From assembly GCF_009914755.1 (NCBI RefSeq), contig NC_060930.1: DNA of 64,000 bases; one strand, written 5' to 3'. Shown here piece by piece: positions 42,251 to 55,700 of this stretch. The stretch comes from the human T2T-CHM13v2.0 reference genome, Homo sapiens. The notes under the pieces were generated by a model. It was not told the DNA's origin, ran no database searches, and saw nothing but the letters and a program-made list of their open reading frames with translations. Positions within the stretch are counted from its first letter, which is position 1; every line of letters begins with the position of its first letter. The translations under genes were made by a program, and so were the position numbers.

Positions 42251-42556
42251 CAGCATTGTAAAATAGAAATAAAATGCAAGCTATATATATATAAATTTAA
42301 ATTTTCCAGAAGCTACATTTAAAAGAATAAAAAGATATAGATGAAATTAATTTTAATAATATATTTTAATTCAATAATCCAAAATATTATTTCAACATGT
42401 GATCGAAATCTAAAAATTAATAAGATATTTTACTCTTTTCATACTAAGTGTTCAAATCTTATGTGCGTTTCACACTTATAGCATATCTCAATTTGATATG
42501 CCCATAGTTCATACTTCATATGCCCAGTAATTCATATGCTCAGTAACCACATGACA
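42251..42556. mobile_element. MER33 (hAT-Charlie) DNA transposon
   Basis: cagcattgtaaaatagaaat...gatgaaattaattttaataatatatttta...cacacttatagcatatctcaattt...gctcagtaaccacatg. Confidence 0.8.
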
Positions 42557-43178
42557 TGTCTGTGTGTGTAGTTTGTGTATATATTTATGTTGGTGTGTAT
42601 CTGTGCATATATTTTAACCTAAACCACAGGAAAAACAAAGGACATATTTTCTCTTCACACAGGTGGAAGGGGATCTGGCTTGGCTCATCAAAGTTTACCC
42701 TTTCTGCTGGACTTCAGTGTGCTATGTGATTTTTCTCATTCCCTCTCCACCAGCCCTGCCCCCCCAACCACGAATGACACTAGCTTTGTTCCGATGGCAT
42801 AGTGAGGAATTTTAAGGAAGGGAAAGAATACGACCTTCCCAATGTTATCACACTGCTGAGACCAAAGTATTATTTTGAGAGAGGATATGGTTCTAAAATT
42901 TTAGAAGTGACTAGTTCGTGGTTAGCAGAGACCAAGGCTGGCCTAGAAGGGATGGAGGAAAGAAAGCAAAAGCAGAGAGGTAACCACACTTCAGATCTAT
43001 TCCTTTTTCTCAGATACATTATAAGAAGACCCTTTAAGAAGAGGCAGACAGGCTATATCTTCTTTTATTATTGGTCTTAAAAGGCTATTTATTTATTTCA
43101 TTCAATGAAAGGAAGGGACTTGGTTAAATTCATGGATTAAGAATCTGTAATTTTGCCTAGTGATAAGCAAAAATTTCT

Positions 43179-43216
43179 TATAAGTACTGCGCACTAACCA
43201 ATCGTGCCACTGGAGC
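43179..43216 (-). pseudogene. Tailless retropseudogene of the tRNA-Ile(TAT) 5' exon
   Basis: Minus strand GCTCCAGTGGCACGATTGGTTAGTGCGCAGTACTTATA versus remembered tRNA-Ile-TAT GCTCCAGTGGCGCAATCGGTTAGCGCGCGGTACTTATA: 33/38 identical, 4 of 5 changes at CpG; degenerate TSD on both sides. Confidence 0.9.
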
Positions 43217-43434
43217 CAAAGAAGCCAAAATTCTTACCTTAACTCTTCATAAATTTGTGCCAAGATAACTTTCCGTGGAAAGTTGGATTTGATAGAGCAG
43301 TGGAATCTCTATGAAAAATATAGAGATGTCAGGCACTGCATAAATGGTCTAGTGGGTAGAGAAAGTAAAATATTTGTCCAAGTATCCTGTTAACGATTTT
43401 TGAAATCTTATCTAGTGTAGAACCATACACACAC

Positions 43435-43438
<4 letters not shown>

Positions 43439-43469
<31 letters not shown>
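43439..43469 (+). repeat. (AC)~15 microsatellite
   Basis: Dinucleotide run. Confidence 0.97.
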
Positions 43470-43471
<2 letters not shown>

Positions 43472-45499
43472 AACATGTAGACACCCATGCCCAATAAGAA
43501 AATAGATAGAGAAATGTTACTATGAACTAGGTTGTTTAGTAAGTGTCTTGACTTTTTTAGGCTACTGGGTTTCCATTTCCTCAACTAGAGCAATGTTAAT
43601 AACCCCCTAGTGATCCAATTAAAAAGAGAATGAATGCACTATGCAAAAACCAAACCAGAAAAACAAGCTTCTTTAGCCATTGTGATCTGACCCTGTGGGA
43701 AATATGCTCCCCTGAATGCATGTGCAGTTTAAATCAACAAATACCCGAACCTTGAAATAATTCAACATGATATTTGATTAATTGTGTGCATGCTTGGGCA
43801 TATGAACACATGCACACATGTACATACTAACATACAAGCATGTTCTTCATATGTGAAGACAAAACTACTCACGCTCATTGCACGAAAGGGCCACTGAGAG
43901 GCCAAGTGTCCTGTCCTCATGAAAATACAATCCTTTCATCTGCAGCTGCAGCTGCTGCTTTTCAATGGCTAAAAGAGGCAGGACTATCCATAGACAAAGC
44001 TTTTGCCAAACCCCAGTTCTAGGACTTGGAGTCACAAGATAGAAGTCTTCACTCTGTCGCAAAGACACTTGGGAAGATGGTAGAACAGAAGGAAGCTCCT
44101 TTTACACAAACTTCTGGGCAAACCATAATTATTAGTCATAACTAATGCAAAATAATCCTATCCCTGTAAATCAGGTAAAGTAAGGCTAAAATAATTTCAC
44201 TATTAATCAAATAGCTAAAGTCCATCAATGAATTATGTTGCTGCATTATCTGAAAAAAAGGAGATGAAAAATCTGTGATCCATTCCGAAAATATTTAGGA
44301 ATAAATTTGAGGTTTAAATTCACTGAACATATCCGTAAAGTTTATTATAACTCCAAAGTTGCCATTTTAAATTGGCTTCTTCCAGAAGATTGGAGTGTGT
44401 AAATTGCATGGAAATGGAGAAAGGGGAATTGTTTCTCACCAAAAATGAGCTCCATTTTAAAGAAACTAGTTCAAAACTTGAATTATTCTATTTAATAAAA
44501 GCTAGCTAGCACAAAAATGTAGTATGAAGTGTGACAATTACAGGTCATGTGTACTCACTGTCAAAATATTTCTCAGATTCTTCCTTCTAAATAGTCATTT
44601 TTTACCTCCTCTGTGTTTCTGTTCTATGCAAGAACTGTGTTTCCTGGACTTTAAACTATGAAAGTTAAAAATGTCAGTGTTTTCAGGTCAGTGCATTTAA
44701 CTGATTTTTAAAGTTCTTTTTTCACTTTTTTTCAATGCAGGCAATAACTAAAAGTGTTAACCTGTTTATATAATGTATATTTAATGAATATTAAGTCTGC
44801 CCATTTTATGAGTCTAAATAAATATTCTTTATATAGTAAGTAGGCATATATAGAGATAGATAGCTATTTTATAGCTATTAAAATATATTATAAATCTACC
44901 ATAGTGAAAATAGCTTGGTATGCCAATTGTTTGCTTCTTCATTTGGTATGCTTTTAATTTTTAGTTAGAATCTCTGTTCTCTGTTCTCCATGTCTATTAC
45001 CTCTGTCACACAGTTTTTATTATTCTGCTGCAGCTTTTCCTCCTGACAAGGAAACTCTTTGGGGAATCCACTAAAAATAATGTAGGCTACTTCTGAGGTT
45101 GTCTAGCCTTAGCAATTACCTTTTCCTGCCACCACTATAAAATTAACACATTGCAATTTGTAGAGTACAAGTAATGTACCTGATGTTCTAAACACTAGGC
45201 ACAAGTCCCTGTGAAATATCAAAAGTGTTAAAGTAGCAATTCCTCAGTTCTGTGGATGCCAACAAGAAAACACAGTTCTACATGATTCAGCAGCGAGAAA
45301 ATTAGATGTTATCTGCTGGAGCAAGCTGGTCATAATGTACTGTTCCTCACAGCTATTATAGTTAACCCTCCCTCACTTACTGTAATTAAGCCTGTTGCAT
45401 CCATCTCATTACCACTAAATCTTCATATAAGATAATGCAATAGATTGATTTGGGAAATATCAACAAGCAGTGGAGTGCCATAATCAATAACGTTTGTTC

Positions 45500-46700
45500 T
45501 ACACCAAGCTCTGTCATCTTCAGGGCTTTGCATGTGCTGTTCTTTGTATTTGGAACATGCCCACAGCACCTCCTATCTTGTCCTTACTCTTACCTACTCA
45601 TTGCATGAATTTCTTTTAAATAATACATAACATATTCTATCATGTAAATTTATTTAATTTCACATTCTTCTTCTGTTTCAATGCTAACACGACCTTCTTC
45701 AAAGGCATTCCTCTCTCCCAAACATATTAATTGGCTTAGTAAACTGCCACTTCTCTGTTCTTAGACAGTACCCTGTGCCTATGCATGCCATAGTCCTTAC
45801 CACTAAATAATGTAAAGCTTCCTTGTTTCTCTATGTCCCTGCCTTGAACTGCAAACTCCATAGGACAAGTACCAACTATCTCTTAGCTAAAGATACAGTC
45901 TCAGTACCTAGAACCATTGCTCATCATATTGCAAACCTATAATGCATACTTTAGCTTCTTTGGGAATATAATAACATTAAAAATTACTCTTGGTGCTAAG
46001 GGTACTTACAAAATAAATAGGATAGGCATGGGTTTCTTAAATCCGTCTACTTTCTTCTATTTCCAAATCCATAATCTTACACACGGACTCTAAGGGACCT
46101 GCTTACTAACATCTCCACTTTCCAACCTGCCCACCTTCACATTTTAAAATGCAAATTGAATCATCACATTACTTTCCTGCTTAAACTGGACATTGGCTGT
46201 CCACTAAACTTGGGATAAAATATCAAGTCCTAAACATGACTTATAAGGTCTAGGAATTCTAGTTCCTCCATCTCTAATTCCATCTCTCTCTACTAGACTT
46301 CATGTTCACCAAGAGTTTTCCCAACTCAAATGTTCCTTCTCTGACTAGGATATCCCCTGTCCCTCCTATCACACTAACACAACTGTACCTCACCTGAACA
46401 AATTATTCTCACCCTGCAGGTCTCAGAAGCCATCCTATACCCCAACATAAAAAAAAAACCCACCCATTATATTATTTCAACAATATATTTTTCCTTCACA
46501 GCATTTTTCCAACTGGAAAATTCCCAAAATAATTTCCCAATTGTAATTTAATTAATATTTTGTAATTATATTCTCTTAGTAAACTGTAAGCTCCATAAAA
46601 GCAGAAATTGCATTTATTCTTTCTACCACTATGTATATGCCCAATGCTCAGCTTGGTACCTATTCTGTAGTAAGTTCTTGAATACGCTTTGAATGAATAA
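45500..46700 (+). mobile_element. Two L2 3' fragments (about 45500-45950 and 46090-46700)
   Basis: cagggctttgcatgtgctgttc; aaactgtaagctccat; terminal tgaatgaataa. Confidence 0.7.
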
Positions 46701-49069
46701 TAAGGGTGGCAAATGCCAGAGGAACTCAGGAGAAAGTGATTATTAAAAATAAGCCTTCTCCTGCCAGAAGAGTTAGACTGAGTTGCATTGTAAAAGAGGT
46801 AGTAGATTTAGAAAAGTGAATTTCTAGATATTAAGATTTTATGGAACATTTTTTTTTCATGCAGACTTGTAAAATGTTGCCAGCTCTTAATTTTTCCAAG
46901 TAATGCCATTAAAACCAAAAATAATTCCACCTTGGAATAGCCATCATTTTATATTTAGAAAGACATATTCTAACACTAAAAATGCTTTTGAAAAATTCAA
47001 AATGAAGTACAATTCTTTAAATTGAATGAATTTGACCTTATGAGAAATAAATTATCCTGGTGTGTGTGGCGGGGGGGATGGGGGGTGGGTATGTGGGTGT
47101 GGGTTTGTTTTCTCATTTCCCTTCAGAAAATTTCAGCAAGGACTGGCTGCAATCCATGAGTATTCAGTAACCATTGAACTGACCTGGATAAGAGGAGAAA
47201 ATCCAGGAGTCCCAGGCAGAGGCAGACCTAAGGCTTCGGGAATGCTCTGGGCATATTCAGGAAAACAATCAATAGGCAGCCAAAGTGCAGGTTTTGTGGA
47301 GGGGAGAAAATGTTAACTAGAGAGATAGTAGAAGCAAAATGCCTGGACAATTTGACATAACTGCTTTCTCCCATTATGCTTGGTTCACATGTAGAAAAAT
47401 ACTAGTGTTTCCAACAGGAGGAGAAGCCAACAACTGAAAGAAGGAGGAAAAGTCACTCAACTGTTCATCAAGAATGCACTGAGCAACTGCTATATGCATG
47501 CACTGACAGCCACTGGATGGGCACAAAGAGAAAGCAGCAAAAATACCTGCTGTGCTCTCTTCCCAGGACTGTTGGACAGGATGAAGGCTGTGAAACAGCA
47601 GTGCCCTGGACTCAGCAGCATCAGAGAGGCTGGAAGTAGACACAGCATCATCAAGTTTATGATTGCAGAGAAGAAAATCAAGGTTACAAAACAGCAAGGG
47701 GGAATGATCCCAGTTCTCTGCTCCTCCTGCACATGTATTCCCATGTCCATGCAGCCCGAGGCTCCTATGGAGTCTGGAGGGAAAGGCAGAGCCACGGGGA
47801 ACACAGCAGAGCTTTTGGATAAATTTTCGATCCTTTTTGTCTCTCTTGCTCCATCCCATGTCAGAGCTACAAAATTATCCAAGAATTATCCAAGGCATCT
47901 TTTATGTCCTTTTGGGCAGCTTAGCCAGCCTCTGCCCCAACCTCAAATATAAGACTGATAATAGCAGTTTTTCATCATTACACAGAAATGCGGAGCATAA
48001 TAGTTGCCATCCACTGCCATGTATTAAGAATTGGAAAATGAACAAATTAGGGGGTAAATCCATCCAAAATCAGATTATCAATTTAACCTAAAGACAAGAT
48101 TGAAACTTGAGTTGACCAGCCTACACTATTCAACTGATTGCTATCTGTTAATGATTTTATTATTCTGAGTGAACTTCGCCCTTTTCAGAGAAATCTTTTA
48201 TTTTAGCAGGTCCACAATTCAGAATAAATATGGACCTCGCTTTATCCTAAATCTCTTTTTTTCTAAATTAATTAGATCTTAAATGCACTTACAGAGCTTT
48301 CTATTTACAGGAACTCTTAGATATCCCAAAGGAGTGGTGAGTCAGTGTTACTCTCTGTTCACTTTTGAATGTGCGTGATAGGTGGTGGATGCTTAGATGT
48401 AGAGTGCATTAGTCTGGAGTTGTTCCTGAGGCCATAGGCATGTCCTCATGAAGCCCTGCTCCTGGGCCATTCAGCATGCATAGGTTGCTTCAGAAACTCA
48501 GTGGTAAGTCCTTTTGTAAAGCAGAGCCCTTTATGAACATGTATTACAACCCCTCAGCTCATTCTTTTCCTCTTCAGAATTTAGGAGATTGTGTGTTCTT
48601 TAAGCAATGTATACCTAGTCTATTTTTAGTATTGGGAGACTTGGTTTCCTATTCTTCTCTCCTACACCCTTCTGTGATATACAAGTACCCTCATTTCTAA
48701 CTCATAACAGTTAGAATGGCTGTAAAGCACTTGGCCTTTCTTGGAAGAAAGCACCATAAATGTACACGGTCCTGTTTATCTGTTAGTTTCTTTCACTAGT
48801 TTTCTGAGTGTCTGAAAATCCTATTTCAGTAACACAAACCTGTATATTTTAGGTTTAAATTCCTCTTTACATACAAACTTCAAAACCAGCTTCCCTCTCC
48901 ATATGCACCCAGTGTAGCAGCTATTGAGGCTCTCCTAATTTACAGCCTTGTCTCACATTTATGCTAATTCTGGTTGACTTGTCTTCTAATATGAAGTAGT
49001 AACAAATAGTATAAAATATTTCCAGAGGTTTCCTATGACAATTGAAAAGAAAAGCTGTACAAAACTTAA

Positions 49070-49480
49070 ATGCACATTAATTGGGAAATGGCTGAAGAGA
49101 TGCTACCTCTGTGGTGTGGAATATTATTATGCTGCTGTTATAAAAAGAATGAGTTGGGTCTGTACCTAACCATGGTGATATTTGTTATATGTTACTATTA
49201 GGTTAAAATAAAACCAAGTTTCAGAAAAGTGTATACAATATGGCATTATTTTTGTAGAAAGCACAACTATATATGCATAGATATGTTTGTGCATGCTGGT
49301 ATAAGCAAGAAGAAAGGTCTGAAAAGATGCACACCAAGCATTTATAAGGTTGGCCTCATTGAAATGGCAATAGGTGGAGAGGTGATAATTTTCTCATTAT
49401 ATACCTCGGTACTGTTTCAACATGTCACAACTGATGTGTGTTACATATAAAATAAAATAATAAATACAATTTAAAAGGAA
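49070..49480 (+). mobile_element. L1ME-type 3' UTR fragment
   Basis: ggaatattattatgctgctgttataaaaagaatgag; gaaggtctgaaaagatgcacaccaa-like segment; A-rich end. Confidence 0.7.
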
Positions 49481-52477
49481 AATAGTTGTCATATTTTCAA
49501 TCTATAATAAAATCCCAAAGCATGAAAATTTGGCTGATTTAGAAATGTGAATTTTGATTGCTCTATTGGGAAAATCCCAAATATCATATTTAGATGGAAG
49601 CAACCTTAAATTTTATGCCAGTTTTGGTCTTGAATATTCTTGGAAATGATTGAATGCTGCAGCTTTCAATACAAAGAAAGGAATTTTGATACCAGCTAAG
49701 CATTTCCCAGCTCTTGTTCTCAGGTACTTTTCTCCATGACAGGAAAAATCAGAAGCTTGTAAATCATAACCAGGATGTTCTGAGAAAATTTCTGTTCTCA
49801 GTTTTCTCTGCCAATTATCTGTCCACTGACAAAGAATTAAAAATAGTATAAGTGATGTGACATTTTAGGAGCAAGAAAAATAACAGAAAAGCCTATAGTG
49901 GGCTGCCAGGTGCACAGCAACGTAGCACCTTTACAGCCTTGTCATGAAGTGCAGTTATGACACCAAATTTTGCTGTGTGTCTTCTTTCCCCATGGACTTC
50001 TGATTCCTACAGATTACTCTGTGATGCTTCTCTGTCTTTTTCCCCACGATCTGTTTCCCCCTGCCCATCTCAATTCCTTATCCCTCCTCCCACACAAAAC
50101 ACCCAAAAGTCCAATTATCTCATTTCCTCCCTAGTTAAAATACAAACACTTACTTGCAAAGAAGAAACAGTGTTTTCTAAATTTTTCAGCAATGGTGCAG
50201 GGCATTCTGGAGTTACAAAATTATACCCTCCTAGAGTTCTGAGACTTAGTAACAATAGTACTTCAAGAATAAGTATCTGGCTATCAGGTTCTTCAGGAGG
50301 ATTAAAACTATCTTCAGATAAGCACCATAGCAGGAATACACATTGCATCATTATCATGTTGAATGAAACCTTCACTTACCCAATTTTTACTTCATTTACA
50401 TATTAATGTCACCTTGCCCTATTCCAGGAAACCCCTTTGGTTCTTTCTTTTTTCTGTCCAAGATGATTATACATGACTCATCTGCATGCAAAATCTTTTA
50501 CAACATCAGATTGCCACACAAGCCAGCCTTTGTTTGGATACTTTTCTCCTGACAACACTCACCTGGTCCTTTCTTTCTCCTACTTCTCATTCCTTTATTC
50601 CTTTGATTTTTTTTTTCCTGTGTGCCTCATATTGCAACCCTTCACAAAGGTCTCTGTTTCTGGCCATGCCTTCTTTCTGAGGCAGAACCCTCTTTGTCTA
50701 AGGATCAATGATGTCCTCTAGCAGGCCATCCAAGATGTGGAGTTCTAAGTTGACAACAAAGTCTTGGTGCTGGGGTACAGGAAGCCATCACACACAGAGA
50801 GGGCTGTGTTCATGGAAAAGGCATTGTGGCCCAGTTAGTGAATTTTAATTTTATTTACATTAGAGGGAGGTAGTTATACTATGGAGTCATGTTTTCTTTC
50901 CCAGAGATCCCTACCAAAATGCTTCTAGACATTACCACAAATATGCTATCCTTTCACCTACAGATTTTTTAAAGCTTTTAAACATTTTATAGAAAGGCAT
51001 CCCTGAAGCAATAAACAAGCAAATAATAAAACAATTGAAGGTATTCAAGAGGTCCCTAGAGGTGCTAGAGAAGAGAGCAGAGGAGGGATTGCTGAGCTAA
51101 TGCAGCCTGATGCCTGTGGAATGTGGGTGAGGCGGAGAGTCGGCAGTTTTCTTCAGCCCTCTGCTCCTCTGCTGTGCCCATTCACCTACACACCTCACCC
51201 TGTGGAGATTCCCTAGGAGAGTACTCCACATTGCCAAGGATCCTGAGACAAGGAAATGGGGAAGCCACGGTCCTTACCCTCAGGTGTCTCAAATATCACC
51301 AGTAGATGAATCAAAGGATTCCCTCCTTAACCCTTAGGTCAATTATTAAACACATAAAAATAGAATCTTCTCACATCTTGTTTTTTGTAACAATGAAAAA
51401 GAAAGTACCTTTTTTTTTTTCTGAGTAGCTGTGTTATCTAGGCTCCGAGAATCAGTGATCTATGTTTTGAATATACATGTCCCTTACTATCAAAGTTATT
51501 TGTAATTCAATAATTATTCTTTTTATTAGTATGTTTATATTATATGTATACAATCATAAATATATATTTTTAAATCTTAATGGAGTAATTACTTATATCA
51601 GTCATTGTCATAACTAGTAAAACCGTGCTATAATGCGAGCAGGATAATCTTCCTCTATGGCAGATGCAAGAAAGATGTGAAGTTTGGGGGATGAAAATGT
51701 ATTTTGTGAATAGCTCCTGGGTATGTGGGCCAATCCCAGCCAATTAGAGGCTATTCATTAAGGCCCAAAAAGTGTTGCCTGGGTAGCAGATTAATAATGG
51801 CATAGACCTCTTTCAGGTTTCATGACAGGGCCTATTCTTTGCCAAATGTATCACATTTGAGAGTTTGTAGCCTGTTAAGTGTACTCATTAGGAAAAAATA
51901 ATTATACTTTCTCAAGTTTTATGGATTACTTCTTTGAAATTCTCTACAATATCTAATAAACTTCAATTTCCCAATAACTTTAGAATACAAAATAATGGTT
52001 TAAGTTTACTAAATTAGGAACTGTTTAAAAATATTTGCCATCCATACATTGGCAAGTGGTTTGGTAAATTTGGAATACTGATCACAATCTCAGGCATAAT
52101 GTGTGCTCTTCTACTTTCTGAATTTCCCTCCTCTCATGCTTTTCATCTCCCCTTTGACTAAAACAGGGAAAAGTTTGAGTTAATACAAGGGTGAAGCTGG
52201 ACCTGAGCTTGGTTCTCTGCACTAGCTTTTCCTTTTTTGTTGTTTTGTCTCTCTCTTCTCTTCTATTTCCTCCCTGGCTTCATCTCTTCTCTTGGTCTCT
52301 CCTCTTCATAGTAGTTATTGTCACTATCAAATGTATGCTGTCACTCTACCGTATAATCTGTCACAGCAGGGCACCAGGTGCCAGGGGCAAGGCAACAAAA
52401 GTGTAGCGTGCCTTCTCTGCCCTCCAGGAGCTGGATGCTTTTTCAGGAGATCAAATACATACACATAACCTTCATGC

Positions 52478-52710
52478 TCTCATTCCTTCACGCTACAAAT
52501 ATTTATTGAGCATTTACTATATGTCAGACTCTGTGCTTTGTGATAAATAAAACAGAGCTCCCCCTTACAACCACCACCAAAATAAAGTAGCTAACACAGC
52601 AAAATATAACAACTGCCAAATGTCTCATAGATCAGAAGTGTTATGGAAGTCCAAAAGAAAAGATATTTCCAACTGAAGGGATCACAGAAGCTAAATAGAA
52701 AATATACATT
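52478..52710 (-). mobile_element. L2 3' fragment
   Basis: acaaatatttattgagcatttactatatgtcagactctgtgct. Confidence 0.65.
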
Positions 52711-55700
52711 AGAAAATAGAGCTCTAAGCCCACGAATATTAAAATATGCTTTATATAAGTTTCAATAACTCCTTTCTTTACCATGCATCAGATAGCAAAC
52801 ATATTTGCGTGCTTGATTTGGAGTTGTGGATAAAGAACTGGACGTTTCAGTCCTAACTCTGCTTACTTCACTAGAATTAAATATAATTAGACATTTTAAA
52901 TTGCATTACAGATGTATTTATTATTTGTTCCTAAAGTGCTAAGTGATTTTGCTAAATTTCATTTATTTTCACTTTAAAAATAATACATATTGCTCTTTGA
53001 AAAAAGAATTATTGAGAGAGGAAGTAAATGCATCATTTTCAGGGATTCCCCTAGTACAAGAAAGTTAAAGGTCCTGTATTTACAATAACTAAAAGATATG
53101 GAAAAGAAACTCAAACTGTGAGTATACTTCATGACATTTTTCTTTCTCACAGATAGGTAGAAGACTACATTAAATGACACCTTCATAAATTTCATGAGAC
53201 CTGTACACATTTGATCTGTGGATACATCGCCAGACACCATTTTCTTGATGTAAAGATAAGTTAGTTTGTTTTTTAAAATCCTGACTCAGCTTCCTTCCAG
53301 TATTTTTTAAGAGTCCTTGTGTATTCAATCTAATTATTTACCAAATAGAAGTTGGAGAGGATTCACTCTGGAAGAAATCCATTTTAATGTAATTGTTCTG
53401 GCATTTAGCACATCCTAATATTTGTCATCTGTTGCTCTTGCTGTGCATTCAAAGGGCTTGGATATGATGCCCTTTAAAAAAAAAAAAAAGAAAGAAACCC
53501 TCGGTATTGTGTAATACAGCACCATTTCATTGTAATGCAGAATGCATAGCTTCAAGTGTTTGCAACACTCTCCAGCCAGTTCCTTTCACACTGAAAATAG
53601 ACATAGGGCCAATGTGAATGCAGGCTTTTTTTTTTTTCCAGCTCCACTAATCTTGCAGCTGACATCTTAGCAAACAATTAAGCATTCAAGAAAGTTTACA
53701 AAAATTAAAGCCAAATTGCCAGCTACTCCCTACTGATAATCTCAAAGTCATATATTTTGCCAAAAACAAAATGCACCAAGAAAATATGGTCACTTTAAAG
53801 GGACATACTCAATCATTATTCAGCAGCAGAACCACCTGCACCAACCCAGGCTAGCTACTTAATTTATTCCAATTCCTTTTGTTGTTGTTATTATTATTGT
53901 TCTTAGAAACAAGGACATTTTGGGGGAACCTTAGCAGGGCTTCATCTGAAATCTTTGCCATTTATAAACGTTATGTAGTTACTTTAAAGTGATCTGTAAA
54001 AGCCACAGTGACTCCCCATGCAGGTTTCTTTATGAAATTACAGGGGAAGAATGTTAAGTATAAAAGTTTACTCTTCCAATTCTAGAATTTTGCATTCCCA
54101 AAAGGTTGTAAAGAGATTGTTACCAAATCCCAGCTTAGGAGAAGGGAAGAAACGTCCAGTATCTGCTGTTTTCTTCCTAGTCATGATGCACCCTGAGAGT
54201 GTTACACAAAATGGGCTTTTTGGGACCACAATCTGGCCAGCCCTCAACCACCCCAAGTGGTCCTAAAGATCATTGATGGGGATCTTTGGGATGTTGGGGG
54301 AAGCTCTTCTGACATTTCTCTCATGTGGTGGGAAAAATAACAGTTCTCACTTCCTTCTCCTGCAATACTGAACTATATGCCTCACCTCTGCCCTCAGCAT
54401 TTGGCCATTTTCAATGATTGTGTCCAAGTCAGCCGAAGACAGTCTACTGTTGCTGACAACCCTTCAGTGACTCCACTGCCCCTAGCATAAAAGTACAAAT
54501 CACAATTTGGGAATTCTGGTTCCAACCCTTCTGCATTAGATAAACAGGTTTACTCAGCATCAAAATTGCAATAAGAGAACGAAGCCCTTTCTAGACGTTG
54601 CTGTGCAGGTGGGAGTGTCTTGGTATAAGGTGCTTACTAGGTTTTAATCACTTTTGCCATCTCTGACATGCCTTGGCCCTTTGCTCACTCAGGCTCTCTT
54701 TTGCTTCCTTCGTCTATCAGGACATTCTCCAGAAGGTTCTTTTTGTCTACTCAAGTTCTTGATACCTCCTCAGAATTTCAGCAACATGTTACCTTAAATG
54801 CTAATTACGTTTTTAAACATATATTTTTCTAACCAAACTGTAATGCAGAACAAGGATCTATAAGTAGTTTGTATTACAATGTTCAGTAAAGTACATTCTT
54901 GGTATTTCAGAGAACATTATTAATAATATTTTCTAAAAATGACACCCGAATAGAATAACAAATACATTGATTCAAAATTGATGATCTTGTAGTAACCCTA
55001 AAGTTTTCAGATGGAAATCACATAAAAATATGTGGCATATGGAATGAGAAAATCTCCCTCCTGGTTCTTCTTTTCCTGGAGTGTGTGGTCCAAAATTAAC
55101 ACCACTGCCCAAGGCATCATCATTCCTCAACCCTGATTCTCTCTGTCTGTGGTATTGGGGAAGTTGGTTTATCTTTACTTTCTTTGAGTTTGCCCTTTTT
55201 CAGAAAAAGGAATGAAAGTGTACTTTTCTTGGAATTGGTGGCACATTATAGTTTTGGAGAAGTATTTAATAAAAATCAGGCTAATAAAATGTTCATTGTG
55301 ATTTTCAGAGAATATTTCAACAGAAACAAAATTAACTTATTCTTGTTTAATTGACTTTACCCTGTGACTACTTGTCTACCAAAATTCAAAGTTCTCAGTC
55401 TTTTGAAGTGAGTCTGAATCCCTGTCGGTTGCTTAGTTCTCCTTCACATTGTCACTGAGAGTCTGTTACAGATGATCTAGCTGTTGCCAGGGCATTAAAA
55501 GATTTTATCTTTGTAAATCATTCTCTACATTCTGCATGTAACAATTTATTTATTTATTTTTTCACAAAATACTTACAGAGCTCTAATGGCATTAGGTATC
55601 TGACATTCAATAGGTTGGATGGCACTTGGTGGCACTGGCCTCTGAGTATTCAATGAGAATACTGTTTGGTTCTTTTTCATTTTAATTGCTGGAATGGCTG

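Noticed and set aside
43179-43216. Functional tRNA gene
   Set aside because: No 3' half, B-box or terminator; recorded as a pseudogene instead.
43783-43842. Inverted repeats tgtgtgcatg / catgcacaca
   Set aside because: 10-bp stem in low-complexity purine-pyrimidine alternating sequence; too short for a pre-miRNA.
50867-50885. let-7-like GAGGTAGT
   Set aside because: Only a seed-length match; the rest diverges and there is no precursor hairpin.
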